Shown here: positions 40,565 to 54,824 of the stretch, piece by piece
Layout of the letters: the number at the start of each line of letters is the position of its first letter
How positions within the stretch are numbered: the stretch's first letter is position 1
Assembly: GCA_964016885.1 (NCBI GenBank)
Contig: OZ024741.1
Location: 182,466,001-182,530,000 of the forward strand
Origin: Eledone cirrhosa
Taxonomy: Eukaryota
DNA: 64,000 nt
Reading direction: 5' to 3'
The notes under the pieces: model-generated
The model's input: the letters and a program-made list of their open reading frames with translations, nothing else
Told to the model about the DNA's origin: nothing
The model's database searches: none
Translations under genes and position numbers: made by a program

Positions 40565-41580
40565 ATGATGGCTACCCCTTCGTTATCGAGTATAGCCATT
40601 GCACGATATACCATTTTTAATCATTATCAATTAATGCTATCGTGCAATGCCTGTGCGTGAAGATTTTTTTTTTAAGTGAGGAAAGACTGTGCACTGAGCC
40701 AATCCCACTCTCTGAGCAACAGTAGCTATAACCCGAACAGAAGAAAAGATCAACATCATCGGTAACTACTGAGCCGCAGGTTTTATATCGGAGTTATCCC
40801 AGTCCCCCTGAGTTGCCTTCCCCTAGAAGAATGCCCTGAAAAAGGTTAGGGGTCCTTCAATCCCAGTGTTTTAACCGCGCGATCGGGTATCCAGCCCGAT
40901 TATTTCCATGTCCCCTCGTATATATATATATGCATATATACACATGTATATACATCTTTACCCATAAACTTGGTGGGGTTGTCGGTTTAGTCACCGACGA
41001 CTCGACCATGCGACAGTTTGTACTGGGTTACATGTTACCTGTACCACTCAAGAGTGACCCGACATACATACATACATGAACGAGTGTGACTTTTTAGTCC
41101 AGCCAGCGACTTGAAAACTCTGGTACAAACACTACACTTGCGACAATTATTGACACATAGTGCTGGGCCCATGGTACCATGTGACGACAAGTGCAGAGAG
41201 ATCTCCAGATATAAAGCAATGCCTGTGCCGTGAAGCTTTTATAGTGAGCAAAGGCACTGCACAAAGCCAGTCCCACTCTCTTAACCAAGATGATATTTAC
41301 CAAAAAGAAGAACAAGTCAACATCATTGGATACCATCAGGGTTGCAGGTGTTATATCAGAGTTTTCCTTCTCCTAGAATTCTGCCTTGACAAAGGTTAAG
41401 GGGTCATCTCTCCAGGTGATTTTGGATGGCCATTGACTCTTAAGAGCTCCTTTGCCCTTTGACAGGTTTTGTTTTTAGTCCTGCAGGATGTCCAAAGTCA
41501 CCCTCCTCACCAAGAAACCTTGATGGGGCTGCCAGTTTAGTCGCCAACGACCCGACCATGAGACAGGTTGTACTGGGATA
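40565..41580. mobile_element. Two diverged copies of an interspersed repeat (RTE 5'-related SINE-like), ending in (CATA)n
   Basis: Shared blocks cccactctc...gagtt(g/t)(t)ccttc(c/t)cctagaa...aaggtta and ggtttagtc(a/g)cc(g/a)acgac..gaccatg..acag.ttgtactggg. Confidence 0.5.
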
Positions 41581-42005
41581 CATACATACATACATACATA
41601 CATACATACATACATACACACACACATACATACATACATACATACATACATACATACATACATACATACATACATACATACATACATACATGTGTCATTT
41701 ACCATGCTTTGTGATTGAAAATGGGTAGACAGAAACATTTTGGAAGGCAGTGGGATGCAAACTTCTTCACATTTTAGCCATGCTGCGTCCACATGTTAAC
41801 AATTATTAACTAAGAAATCAATAGTTATTATGTATTTTATATCATTGTTAGCAAGCTTACTATCTCATTCTCTCCCCCTTTTTCCGTCTCTTTCTCTCTA
41901 TCTATGTTTATCTGTTTCCTCCTATCTCTCTTTCTCTCTCTCACTCTCTTTCGGTTTTTCTCTCTGTCTCTATCTCCCTCTCAATCTCTCTCTCAATCAC
42001 TGTCT

Positions 42006-42061
<56 letters not shown>

Positions 42062-42065
42062 CTCT

Positions 42066-42112
<47 letters not shown>

Positions 42113-43346
42113 AATCTCTCTCTCGCTCTCTCTCAATCTCTATCTCAATCTCTCTATCACTCTCCCTCCTCCTCCCCCTCGTCTCCTCCTCCCCATGATC
42201 TCCATGGACATGGAATTACAGTGAGACCAGTAGTAAGAGGATTAGTTTCTTCCTACTATTCATTGTCGAGTAAAAGTAGCAGATGAATTGACTCTACCTG
42301 TCTAGTGTACAGCCTTGTTGTGTGTTGTTGTTGCTGTTTGTTGTTGTACTTCTGGTTGTTATCACTATCGTTGTTATTGTTGTTGTGATTGTGATGGCGT
42401 TGTGGTTGTTGTTGTGGTTGTCATTGTAGTTGTGGTTGTTTTTGTAGTTGTGGTTGTTGTTCTAGTTGTAGTTGTGGTTGTCGTTATGGTTGTAGTTGTT
42501 GTTGTAGTTCTGGTTGTTATCTCCATCGTTGTCACTGTTGTTGTTGTTGTTGTGGTTGCTGTAATTCTGGTAACCAAGATAGGTCTTGTCATCTGTGCTA
42601 CTTGTCTCCTTCACTGTTCAGGCTTTTGTGTAGCCCAAGATCAGAACTGATCAAGCAGCTTTATGACACAGAGATAGCCATGCCAATCAAATAGGCAGAC
42701 CCAACACACAAATCGTTTTTTTTTGGGGGGGGGGGTTCAAACACTTCATATCTCCCTTACCCTCCTCCCGGGGGGGGGGGTACCTTCTCCATTCTGTCCG
42801 CCGGGGCTGTGGGAGGGCCAGCACGTGGGACTCCATTTGCTCACCATACGGAGAGATGGGGAGGGCGAGAGAGATGGAGGCGATGACAGTGGGAGTTCGG
42901 CTCTTCCACGTTCGGATCATATCCTTGTGGTTGTGTTCATCAAGCCCTAGTGCAGTAATGAAATCATTAGTGCCTTGTGAGAGGAATATAATCTATATGT
43001 GTAGAAATTCTGAAACCTAAGCTGAAGCACGATCTGGGTGGTCACCAATTCATTTTTGTCGATTCTATCAACGGATGCCAACCAAGTCGACATTTATAGC
43101 ACTAAAGTTATGCTGTGAAAAGTTTGGATTCATAACTCAAATCCACCTGAGTAATATATGTTGTACTTCTACAAGCAGTGGTATGTCGAATGTAGTTTAA
43201 TTTGACAGTCGGAACATTGCATACTTTCTGCTTTCCTCTCTATGTATTTCTGGTGGTGATCACAGTTGTGACAGACAACGTGGACTTGATCAGAGCGCGA
43301 CAATTGCAGTTCTTCGCTAGTTAACATTCTTGTTGTGCATTATTGC

Positions 43347-43528
43347 ATGGCAGTATAGGTAGAGAGTCGGACGCCATGCTTTCCAGCATAGTTACGTCCC
43401 TTTACGATCTGAGTTCAAATCCCGCCGAGGTTGACTTTGCCTTTCATCCTTACGGGGTCGATAAAATAAAGTACCAGTAATGAACTGGGTAATTGCTGGC
43501 CTTGTGCCTAAAGTAGAAACAATTATTA
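43347..43528 (+). mobile_element. SINE copy
   Basis: Same family as 8334. Confidence 0.92.
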
Positions 43529-43699
43529 AACTGACAAATGTTTCTACCGGCCTAGAATTTCAACCACTAAGTTACAATTATTGCATATTGGTTAATGTAA
43601 ATTGGGCTAATGAGCTGCACAGCAGATATTTCTCTGTGTGTGTGTCTGTATATATATATATATATACACATATATATATATACACATATATATATATAC

Positions 43700-43765
<66 letters not shown>

Positions 43766-43766
43766 G

Positions 43767-43827
<61 letters not shown>

Positions 43828-43902
43828 AGCTTATAAAATCGGGTAAAATACTCCTAAGGACGGAAGAAAGAGGCTAGCAGCCGCTACGTATCTCTTGCCC
43901 GG

Positions 43903-43950
<48 letters not shown>

Positions 43951-44198
43951 TACTACTACTACTACTACTAAAACTCTGTGATTGTGTGCTTGTCTGTAAT
44001 ATGATACAGCCAAAACGTCGCATAATGGGAAAATACTTTGAAAGGAAGTTGCCCCTGAAATGGGAATACAAATGGAATAAAACAAGTTTCGCGTAAATCA
44101 GAGCACAGGTTCCCGAGATACGGTATTTTTCCGGGTACCTTCATCAATAGAGAGAGAAAGATAGAGCGAAAGAGATAGTAGTTGTGAGAGAGTACATT

Positions 44199-44254
<56 letters not shown>

Positions 44255-44450
44255 GAATGGAAGAGAGAGTGAGAGTGGTGGTGATGTTGTTCAATGAAAT
44301 TATAACTAGTGATTTCCAAGAATCGAATACAGCATTACTGTATCTAGCTTGAATTTGGTGACTGAATATTAAGTTATTTGTATCATATAACTTGTGTTAG
44401 GTCACAGACACCCACATACACACACACATACACACACACGCACACACACG

Positions 44451-44502
<52 letters not shown>

Positions 44503-44604
44503 CCTTCCCAATTTCATTCCACATTATATATATGTCTGTATATATGTTTATTTAGAAATTATTTCTAAGTGAGCATGATTTTAAAAAAATATTTTTTGGT
44601 GTAC

Positions 44605-44632
44605 GTGACCCAACGGGTCACAGGTGGTCTAG
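44605..44632 (+). mobile_element. Helitron-type 3' terminus
   Basis: Hairpin GTGACCC-AAC-GGGTCAC, 7 nt, then CTAG. Confidence 0.6.
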
Positions 44633-44633
44633 A

Positions 44634-44697
<64 letters not shown>

Positions 44698-45149
44698 GGA
44701 GGTAATTAAGCTGTTATAAATTTTGAACCGGGTTATTTTAATGAACTTTCATCACGAGTACACAGACCCACCTTCCATTATTTCAGTTGAAAAGTTTCAC
44801 TGAGAAATAGGGCAGAAGAGCTTGTCTCTGAGAGAAGAAACCAGATCGTGTGATTCTTCTTCGCACATTAGTTATTTTTCGAAGAATACAAAACCTCTCC
44901 TTGCTCTGCCTCTTCTCTCCTAACTAGAGAACCATTGTGTCCGCTGGAACCACGAGTCAAACTAACCCCTAAACAATAAGATGTTAACCTTATTTCGTTA
45001 ACTGGTTACTAAGCTTGGGAAAACCCAGAGCTAAACAAGCTGCCGTCACCGGCCTCTTGCTTCGTGATGAAAAATAACACAGCCTCTATGTGATCATGCT
45101 ACCTGCTAGAAATAACAGTCAGATCAGTATTTTTTCCGTTAACTCTTAA

Positions 45150-45860
45150 AGAGCTGCCATTCACGGTAAATTGATCCTTGGTGTTCGTAATGTTGATAGC
45201 ACATTAACAGATACATTCAATAGTGAGAATTCTTTTCGGTATCTATGGTAGAGTCTTCAGGCTCCTTGTGGATTTATTTTGAACTAATTCCTGCAACTCT
45301 TCAACAGATATATTTTAACTATGCGAATCTATTAACTCCCCCAAATCTTCCATATTGACATTTTTCATTCTATCTCAATAATGTTAATAATTGTTTCTAC
45401 TTTTGGCACAATGCCAGCAATTACCCCAGTACATTACTGGTACTTTATTTTATCGACCCCGTAAGGATGAAAGGCAAAGCTAACCTCGGCGGGATTTGAA
45501 CTCAGATAATAAAGGGGCGTAACTCTATGCTGCAAAGCAAGGTGTCCGACCCTCTACTGATACTGCCAACCCACCGAATAATGACTGCTTGTACTATGTC
45601 TTCGTCGTCAAATTCCATGAAAATTATTATATACTTCTGATAATAGCATTTTCCAAAGTCTTCTCCGATAATTCTCGGTTATTTTATCCAAGGCTGCCCC
45701 CTTTGATATTATATATGGCCTTCGTGATATAACTTTGCCAAAGGTCTTTAACAGATTGTTTGTTTTGGGATTTCTTTCTTTGAAAAAGCGACAATAGAAA
45801 TTATACGTCGACTCATGGATTAAAAAAAGGAAGAAATGTTTGCTGCTAGGCAAACTACTT
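45150..45860 (-). pseudogene. Tigger/pogo-like transposase C-terminal remnant, interrupted by a SINE
   Basis: RC: AALDKITENYRRRLWKMLLSEVYNNFHG ... VNMEDLGELIDSHS*NISVEELQELVQ. Confidence 0.5.
45384..45576 (-). mobile_element. SINE copy
   Basis: Same family as 8334. Confidence 0.9.
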
Positions 45861-46500
45861 CTACAGAAATCTATATCTGAAGAGTATCGATATTTTAGGT
45901 GTTACCTGAAGTATTAGCAATCTCCAACAATGCCTTATGTTATTTCTTGCGTTCTGTATTCAAATCTCGCTGTGGCCTAAACTTAATCCTTCGCCCAGCT
46001 TAAAACCACCACCTGCTCCTTGAGTTCCTTTAGCAAAGTCAAATGTATGAGAAGCATTTCATCCATGCTTTCAGTTCGAGGATACTTCATTCTCTACTTA
46101 CCTCCAGTCTTTGAGTCAATGAAAATAGGTCAGGGACACTGCCCCTTCCTCCTTGATGAAACAGTAAAAAAAAGAAATACAGATGAAGCCGTTTATTACA
46201 ACTACAGATAATGTTATCAAACGGTTATTGTTTCATTTACCTAATTAAAGATTACCGCCTCCTTAGTGTTGGAGAGGTGGAAGCGACTGGTGTATATTAG
46301 AATGAGAAACAGATAAGGGAAGGACACAGAGTAGAGAAAGAGAGAGACGGGAACAGTGAGGGACAGATAGAGGAAGATTAAGAAATGGAGACGGGCTGAC
46401 AAACAGACAGAAAAGAGACAGTGAGATACGTAAAGAGAAAATAAAAGGACTTAAAAAAAAACTAAGTCGAGAAAAGGGATCATTATATATTGTTTAGACA

Positions 46501-46525
46501 TCGGCCCTTGTGGCCAATAAATGAA
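46501..46525 (+). mobile_element. Ultra-truncated 3' end of the L1/Tx1-like LINE, with TSD
   Basis: tcggcccttgtggccaataaatgaa(atcatt) matches RC of 57527-57557; atcattatatattgtttagaca duplicated at 46479-46500 and 46526-46547. Confidence 0.85.
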
Positions 46526-46759
46526 ATCATTATATATTGTTTAGACAGACGGTGAATTGGCAGAGTCGTTAGAAGGTCGGATAAAATGCTCTCTGATTTC
46601 CATCCCGCCGAGGTCAACTTTGCCTTTCATTTTTCTTAGTTTCAGATGATCCCGCTTACTAATTATAAATATTTGCTCTATGAATTTATATATACTTATA
46701 TAAATATACAACCTTTATCAGGTCCTCTTTTGATTTTGGCCTTTGTATTATATATATAT

Positions 46760-47321
46760 AATGGGCTCAAGCGCAGACGTTCTATAAAGATAGCTTATCT
46801 AAAATAGGGTGACGACCCTTAAAAGAAGTTCCCGACGGCCGCTATGGGGAATTGAACCCCTTATCTTCCAGATACCTATTTTATATAACTTATACTTTGT
46901 AGCCCTTGTATCCTTGAGCCTATTCTTTATACATATATGTATATCTATATGTATTATATGCGCTTAAAAGCCGCAAATTCGGCTTCGTACAATGTTTGTT
47001 TACATAAGGATGTCTGTCTATCAGTCAGCCTGCCTGCCTGGTGACATCTGAAAGCTGTTGTTCAGCTAACTATAATTGTTAAAATAACGAGAAGAGTGTT
47101 GTCTACGGTTCCTTAACTTAATACTTAAGACATCTAGCTGGTATCAATTCCTCATAACGGCCGTTGGCAACTTATTTTCTGTCTTTTAAGGGTTTTTACC
47201 CTATTTTATATAAGCTATCTTAATAGCACATCTGTGTGTCAGCCAATTCTTTATACTTGTTATATTTATATACAATACTCTCAACGCTTAAAGCCGAAAA
47301 TTCGGCTTCGTACATTGTTTG

Positions 47322-47325
<4 letters not shown>
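46760..47325. mobile_element. Composite fold-back/direct-repeat element with 3' half-HHR
   Basis: 46785-46857 inverted at ~47143-47225; gcttaaa(a)gccg.aaattcggcttcgtaca direct repeat; GATGTC..GACATC T GAAA GCTG-TTGTT-CAGC TA. Confidence 0.6.
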
Positions 47326-47373
<48 letters not shown>

Positions 47374-47454
47374 TTTAACCCGGGTTCAATCGGGGTAACC
47401 ACAGTAAGTAAGGTACTCAACACAAAGCAGAGTATAAATATTTAATATAGAAAT

Positions 47455-47504
47455 GGCTTCTCCGGACTAGAACTGTTTCATTCAGGCGAAATCATCAGGA
47501 AGCC
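47455..47504 (-). ncRNA. Hammerhead ribozyme, family D
   Basis: RC: GGCTTC CTGATGA T TTC-GCCT-GAA T GAAA CAGTTCTAG TC cgga GAAGCC; 4-nt insert after the cleavage site. Confidence 0.68.
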
Positions 47505-47685
47505 GACTGTCCAAGTAATATGGTATCTATACCTTTTCTGGTGGTAAGAGAGGGTGGTGATTGGAATGGGTGGAGGTCATTGGTTGATGGATTTAAAGAA
47601 AAGGGAATTCTATAAAAACGATATTTAGAATAACAAAAGCAGAAAAAATTCTATAGACAAGTTCACACTGGTGGGACCACTCCTG

Positions 47686-47744
<59 letters not shown>

Positions 47745-47746
<2 letters not shown>

Positions 47747-47936
47747 CGAAGGAAATGTGGTAAGGAACCAGGTGGACCATAACGCACCAAAGTACTCAAT
47801 ACTTAGGGTAGTAGAGTGGGTAATAGGAACGAGTAGGACCCCGACGGCTGAGCTCAAGCCGTTTCGACGGCTAATTCTGGACAAATTAGCCGTCGAAACG
47901 GCTTGAGCTCAGCCGTCGGGGTCCTACTCGTTCCTA
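47745..47936. mobile_element. Fold-back element family A copy
   Basis: Palindrome centred ~47880 plus tail on the left. Confidence 0.88.
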
Positions 47937-48794
47937 TATATATATATATATATATATTGAGTATGTGTTGGTTGTTTACCAACACCTCAGTATGCAGAAT
48001 ATGGAGAATAGAATGGCTGTGTAGTTGCTAGTTAAGGTAGGCTTAAAAATAAAAATAAGTATAAGAAGCAAGAACGTGGGAGAGAAGGGAGAAGGGAGTT
48101 TTCCTCATCAGATGTCTACTGGGGTTCTCGGATATTTCAACGCTTTAAAGACAATATATCTGGCTTCAGTCGTCTCTTCGAGGGTAGGTGGTTCTTCGAG
48201 CTCCTCTTTGAGTGGAAGTTGAGGAACACGATGGATGGCAGCGTCTTGTACGGTGCGGTCAGCACTGAAGAGGCTTTGGAAGCGCTCGAACGCTTTAAAG
48301 ACAATATATATCTACCCTCTAAGCCTATATATATATATATATATATATGATAATAATGGAGCTGTGGTGTTGCAAATGGGTTACATATGAAAAAGTAAGT
48401 CCTTCATCAGTGGCCCTCCAACCGTCCTAGGCATTTCATCGCTTTAAGGGCCATATACCTCAGGTTGGTGCGAACAACGGCTAAAAAAAAGTCGTTGGGA
48501 CACGTAAATAAAGGGGACGCTAGGGTGAACAAACAAAATGGTTTAAGCAACAGAAAGTGAGAAGAAAGAGACAAGTCCCAGATTTCTATGAATATAAACT
48601 TGGTGAAATCGTGAAATATATAGACAGAGAGACAGAGAGAGAGACATATTTATATATGCATATATCAACAGAATGAATGATTGAAAGATTGAATGCTAAA
48701 GTAGCCGCTTACACAAAAGTATAAGCACATCTTTAAAAGGTTTAAGTGATTATTGATTCTTCCACCTTCTCTCGTTTTTTTTCTGACTCCTCCT

Positions 48795-48910
48795 ACTTCT
48801 TCTTCTTCTTCTTCTTCTACTACTACTACTACTACTACTACTTCAACTTCTTCGTCTCTCCTTCACTTTCTTACTCTTCATCTGCCTCATCTTCTTCTCT
48901 TTCTACTACA

Positions 48911-48950
<40 letters not shown>

Positions 48951-49273
48951 TTACTACTACTACTAGTACTACTACTACCAGTACTACTACTACAACAACT
49001 ACAACAACTACTACTACTACTACTACTACTACTTGTACTACTACTACTAGTACTAGTACTACTACTACAACAACTACTACTACTACTACTTGTACTACTA
49101 CTACTAGTACTACTACTACTACAACAACAACAACTACTACTACTACTACTACTACTTGTACTACTACTACTAGTACTACTACTACAACAACTACTACTAG
49201 TACTACTACAACAACTACTACTAGTACTACTACTACTACTACTACTTGTACTACTACAACTACAACAACAACA

Positions 49274-49305
<32 letters not shown>

Positions 49306-49335
49306 AACTACTACTACTACTACTACTACTACTGT
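48795..49335. repeat. (CTA)n microsatellite
   Basis: Direct reading; source of the poly-T/poly-L ORFs. Confidence 0.95.
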
Positions 49336-49959
49336 CCTTTTTTCTTCTTTATTCCTTATTCTTCATTCTTCTTCCACTAATCAATGTCTGTGTATATATT
49401 TTATGAGAATTTAAGAGCATTCCTATAAAAGTCAAGTGCGAAACGAAAAAATTTACTAGCCATTAGCAAAGTGGAGGAACGAAGAAGGAGGCTGATGACG
49501 GAAGAGATTGAGAAAGAAGAGGGATGGGAGATAAACCAAAAGAAGGGGAGATAAGAACGCGGAGGCAGAGGGTGATAAAGATGTAACAGGCGTGGTCCCT
49601 GAAAGATGTGAAGATAGGATGAAGTATGGCGTGGAGAAAAAAGAGGGTGGTGGATGGTGGGGTTATTATAAAACCGTATGATTATTTACATTTATCAATA
49701 CACATGGGAGTATACACACATATACACGTACATATACATACATGCATACATACGTATATATATATATATATATATTTAGAGAGAGAGAGAGAGAGAGGGG
49801 GGGGGGCAAGAGAGACAGAGAAAGAAAGAGTCTGCGGTCGGGAGATATATATATATATATGCATGTGTGTATGTTTGTGTGTGCATGTGTGTATGTGTGC
49901 GTGTGTGTGCGTATGTATGCACGTATATATATATATATACATACATCTTTTTCTTGTTG

Positions 49960-52345
49960 GTCCACTTATTCCTGGGAGTGCCGTAGGGCGGGGAAGATTC
50001 CTTAAACACTCCTTCCAACTGGTTCTGTCAGAAGCAAACGTCTCCAACTGATTCGACTGGATCCCCAAGCGTGACCATCCAAGCTCATGGATGTTATCCA
50101 ACCATCTTATTCGGGGTCTACCCCTGGGTCTCCTTCCGGTTGATTTTGCTCGTAAAATCTTGCCCAAGAGTCATGACCCTAGGTAAGGGTTTACACGAAT
50201 ACTGAATTGAAGATAGTGAGTTTGGCTTTTACACCTACCTTCCTTCTTCTGATTACCGATTGCTGAAGCTGGCGCGTTACTGCACCAGCTCCTGCAATTC
50301 TTGCACTTAATTCAGTATTCTGCATTCCATCACTCGTGAACACGCCCCCGAGATACTTGAACTTCTCCATGTGCTTCAGTACAACTCTGTTCACATATAG
50401 AGTGCACATTGCAGGCTTCCTTGAGAGGGCAATTGTCTCAGTTTTCGCTGCACTGATTTTCATTCCAACCATGCAGCACTCAGCATCAAACCTATCGCGT
50501 ACAAATCGGCGATCATCTTTTGTCGTGTTAAGTAACACCATGTTAACTACAAATTCCAGCCGACTGATTTTACACCCACCAGCCATGATACCACGTCTAA
50601 CCTGGCTGCGCATACCAGTGCTGTTCATAGAAATAATGAACAGGAGAGGTGACCGTACAAACCCTTGACGAAGTCCGATTCCCACATTGAATAGTTTTTA
50701 TTTAGCACCATTTATCTGAACACAAATACTCGGGGATTCATATAGAGACATCAAGGCAATAAGAAGCTGACCATCGATCCCATACTGCTACAGAACCTTC
50801 CACAGCAGGTACCGTGCAAAGCGGTCATATGCATTTTCAAGGTCTACAAAACAAGAATATATTTCTTGGCAATAATCCCACGATTTCTCGAAGACCTATC
50901 TCAGTATGAATATTTAATCGTTTGTGCTGCATCCGGGGCGAAAAGCGCACCGTTCATCAGCTAGCTTGGACTCGACAATCTCCCTACATCTCTTTGCATA
51001 GACTTTACCGAGGAGGCTTAACAAGGAGATCCCTATATGATTGGAACAATCACTCTTGTCTCCCTTTTTGAAAATTGGGATTATAACTCCATATTGCCAT
51101 TGCTTTGGTGCTTTTCCAGAGATCCAGGCCACCTGGCACACACAAATCAGGCAGGGAATACCTTCTCTATTTAAGGCTTTTAACATCTCGGGCCGGATCT
51201 CACCTTCCCCAGCGGCCTTGTTATTTAACTGCTCTTGTAACCTCAGCCTCCGAGAGATTAGTCACCGCTCTCAGATGTACCTCCTGTCATCTGAAAATGG
51301 TGTTGTGATCGGGTTTAGGATATCAGCAAAGTATTCTTTCCTCCTCGCGAGGATGCATTTCTCTGAAGAGAGAAGAACCCCAGAAGCATGCCTGATAGCA
51401 GGTGTAAAGAACTTCTTATTAAGAAGTCGACGGATGTTCTGCCAGAACACTTTATTTGCTGATCTGAAGTCGAAGTTTAGCTTAACCCCAAAGTCCTCCC
51501 ATATCTTAACTTTGGACGGCATTACTGTCTCTACTCCGATACTTCGTGCCTGCTTGTACCTCAAGTGCAAGAAGTAGGACTAATTTTCAAACCAAGCTTT
51601 GTAGGCCTCTTTCTTTGCTCGGGTATCATCTTTGACCACTTGATTAAACCACGGGGTTCTCCTGCCATCTGGCGTCACACCAAGCCTCTTCCGTCCGCAG
51701 CCTTTAACAACTAAAGCCGAAACTGCTGGGCTGAACAATCTCCACTCCGTTTCAACGTCCTCAGTTTGCTTAGGGAGTTATCTGAATTTGGATGCAATAG
51801 TATCTGCATACATGGTCCTGACTTCCTTATCCACCAACATTTCCCACTTTATCATGTAAGTCGACCTAGACATGCCAGTTTTGTGGGATTCTTCGGGTTT
51901 AGGTAGTCTCGAGCTGCAGATAACTAGATGGTGATCAGTTGGCAGCTCAGTCCCCCTTTTAACACGAACATCCAGCTCAGAATCAAAGAGATCAAGGGCA
52001 ATAACAAAATCAATTATTGATCTCTGTCCCTTATTCTACTTAAACCATGTATATCTATAGATGTCTCCGAGTTAATGAAGATAATTATTTATACTGTGCT
52101 TCATAATAGGGAGTCCATTGCTAAAACAGAAGTCTAATAAGGCCTTTCCATTCGCATTTAGATCGGGGTCACCGTTCATTCCAATCACTCCTTTCCATGT
52201 GCTAACATGTGCATTGAAGTTTCTTATCAGGATATATGACTCAGTCTTAACTACTTAACTACATCTAACGCTGCAGCGACTTCATCGAGGAAGGATCTGT
52301 ATTCTGACGCCTTCCTTCTATGCGGTTGAGCTATTGAATCCTAGA
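49960..52345 (-). pseudogene. RTE-clade LINE remnant (APE + RT), degenerate
   Basis: SIIDFI..TDHHLV (APE), PKQWQYGVIIPIFKKGDKSDCSN, FVDLENAYD, GLRQG..SPLLF, FKYLG, TGRRPRGRPRIRW. Confidence 0.9.
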
Positions 52346-52378
52346 CCTACCTTGGTGTCTTATACACACACACACACA

Positions 52379-52455
<77 letters not shown>

Positions 52456-53246
52456 GGGTCTTGACCTCCTACTGTTGATTTTATCGGGTTGAGGTGACCG
52501 CAGCCTCGTATAGCACGTACGCCGCATTGCATACTCGGCATAAGGGATATGTCCCTGGTTATCTCATGAGGAATCTGGTATATAGGAGATCATGGATTTA
52601 CTGGTAATGCATTATCTAGTATTTTGGGCACCGGTGTACTTTGGGCACCAATTTTAACAGTATGTTTGCTAAAAATCTTACTTGTCCATATGAACGAAGA
52701 ATCTGTTTCCTACAAAGATTTTGGCGTTTGATGAAAAGTGGGAGGTAAACCATATATTTTTTTCTGGATCTATTTCTATAAAATCTGGTGTATCTATTCC
52801 ACTAATCACATACAAACTACAACATTATCTCCCTTGTTTTCATCTTATAAAAATTGATGAAATCGATGCAGACGTTTCATTTTTATTTATATGTTCTCAG
52901 TGAAGCATACTCATTCACTTTGTAAGTTAGCTTAACTAAGAATGGCCACATATGAATATAGGAAAAGGCAAAAAAAATAATGCGTTGATTATGTATATCG
53001 GCAAATTTAAGGTAGAAATGTCTAAGTTGAGACCCTCTTCAAAAAATGCATACATACAAATAATCTCGTTTTGGGGGTGTTTCATCATGGAGACAAGCAA
53101 GGCGACATATGATCACTCTTGTGAGTGTGAGGCTGTATGTATGTCTATCTATATGTGTGTTCATATGGATGGCTATATTATGCAATAATGGCGGTATGAA
53201 ATACGAGAGTGTTGTTGATGTGCAAGTTCTTTGATATGTTGAATAA

Positions 53247-53287
<41 letters not shown>

Positions 53288-53558
53288 GCGTTTGTATGTA
53301 TGTGTATGTTTGTGCATGTGTTTGTACATGTTTGTTTTTAATATATATATATATGTGTGTGTGTGTGTATTTGCGTGTGTGAGTGTGCGTCCGCGCGTGT
53401 GTGTGTGTGTGTGTGCACGTGTGTGTGTGTGTGCGTGTATGTGCGCGCGTGTGTGTATGTTTGCAGCTGAGCCATAGATAGATAGAAAAATAGATTGTTA
53501 GATAGCTAGAGAGGAGTGATGAACAGATATATAGTTAATAGATAATCATTTACGTATC

Positions 53559-53591
<33 letters not shown>

Positions 53592-53597
53592 TATATC

Positions 53598-53643
<46 letters not shown>

Positions 53644-53685
53644 TATATATATATATATATATATAAATATATACATATATATATC

Positions 53686-53725
<40 letters not shown>

Positions 53726-54338
53726 CTGTGTACGGGCGCGCGCTTGTGTGTGTAATCAGATCAGGTCAAATTCCTGGAGTTTTCAGTAAAGGCAGACGAT
53801 CTGTATATTTGCCAATTTTACATTACGTAAGATTACACTTAATAATCTTCTATACGCAAGTGTTTCCGTAAAGTAGATCATTGGAAAGTCTGAATAGAAA
53901 CAATCGCTATAATAATAGGTGCCTTGGGAATGATTTAAAACGATGCAGACAAATATATAACCTATACTCCAGAACTTACATATTATACACAACACGTAGA
54001 AAAAGATATATATGCAGCATACAGAAAATATGTTTCGTAAACTATTTTATATACATTAAGAAATATAAAGCCGAAACAAACCATGCAGGTAGTCAAATAT
54101 ACGTTGTCCTGTTGTATGTGGGTGTCACTCTTCTTCTTTTATGTCTTCCAATCTTTTTTTAAAACTCTAATGCTCTCACTGTCAGTTTTCCCTTCTAGTT
54201 CTTCCTTCATCTCCATCTAATCACAAGACGATGATGTGGTGGTGCTGCTGGGATAGGAGAGGCCCTTCTCATCAACTTCTGGTCATATGACCGGAGACGA
54301 GGCAGGCTTTCTGGCAATACTATAACATATAGTGTATA

Positions 54339-54438
54339 CAGGGTATCCCAAAAGATGTATACACAATTTGATTACCTCTACAGGCAATATTTATTAGAAT
54401 GCTGTTGAAGTGTGTATACATTCTTTTGAGACACCCTG
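54339..54438. mobile_element. 100-bp Tc1/mariner MITE
   Basis: TIRs cagggtatcccaaaagatgtatacaca / tgtgtatacattcttttgagacaccctg, TA on both sides. Confidence 0.82.
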
Positions 54439-54773
54439 TATATATATATATATAGGGTTTTGATCTAGTGATCTTCGTAGTCCACAAAGGAGGAAAAAGT
54501 TAAAGTTTATAATGGAGTATATATATAAGTTGATTTATTCAATTTCTCATTTCTTATTTCTTATTTCTTATTTCTTATTTCTTTATTCAATGTTTCAGCA
54601 AAACAAGTGTTCATCAAGCCTGTTCGGAGAAGTAATGAGGTGTTGATAATTTATTGTAAATAGAAGGCGAAGATGAATGAGGTATGAGGGTTAGGAATGG
54701 CAGTGTATAGAAACTAAACATATTTAAACTAAATCCCGTCTTACCCATGCTAGCGTGGAAATGAACGTTAAAC

Positions 54774-54824
<51 letters not shown>

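Noticed and set aside
44080-44150. Further HHR candidates at ~44085-44148 (minus), ~25335-25375, ~48100, ~48265 and ~54590/54875
   Set aside because: Only partial cores, or helices I/III could not be formed convincingly by eye; left uncalled
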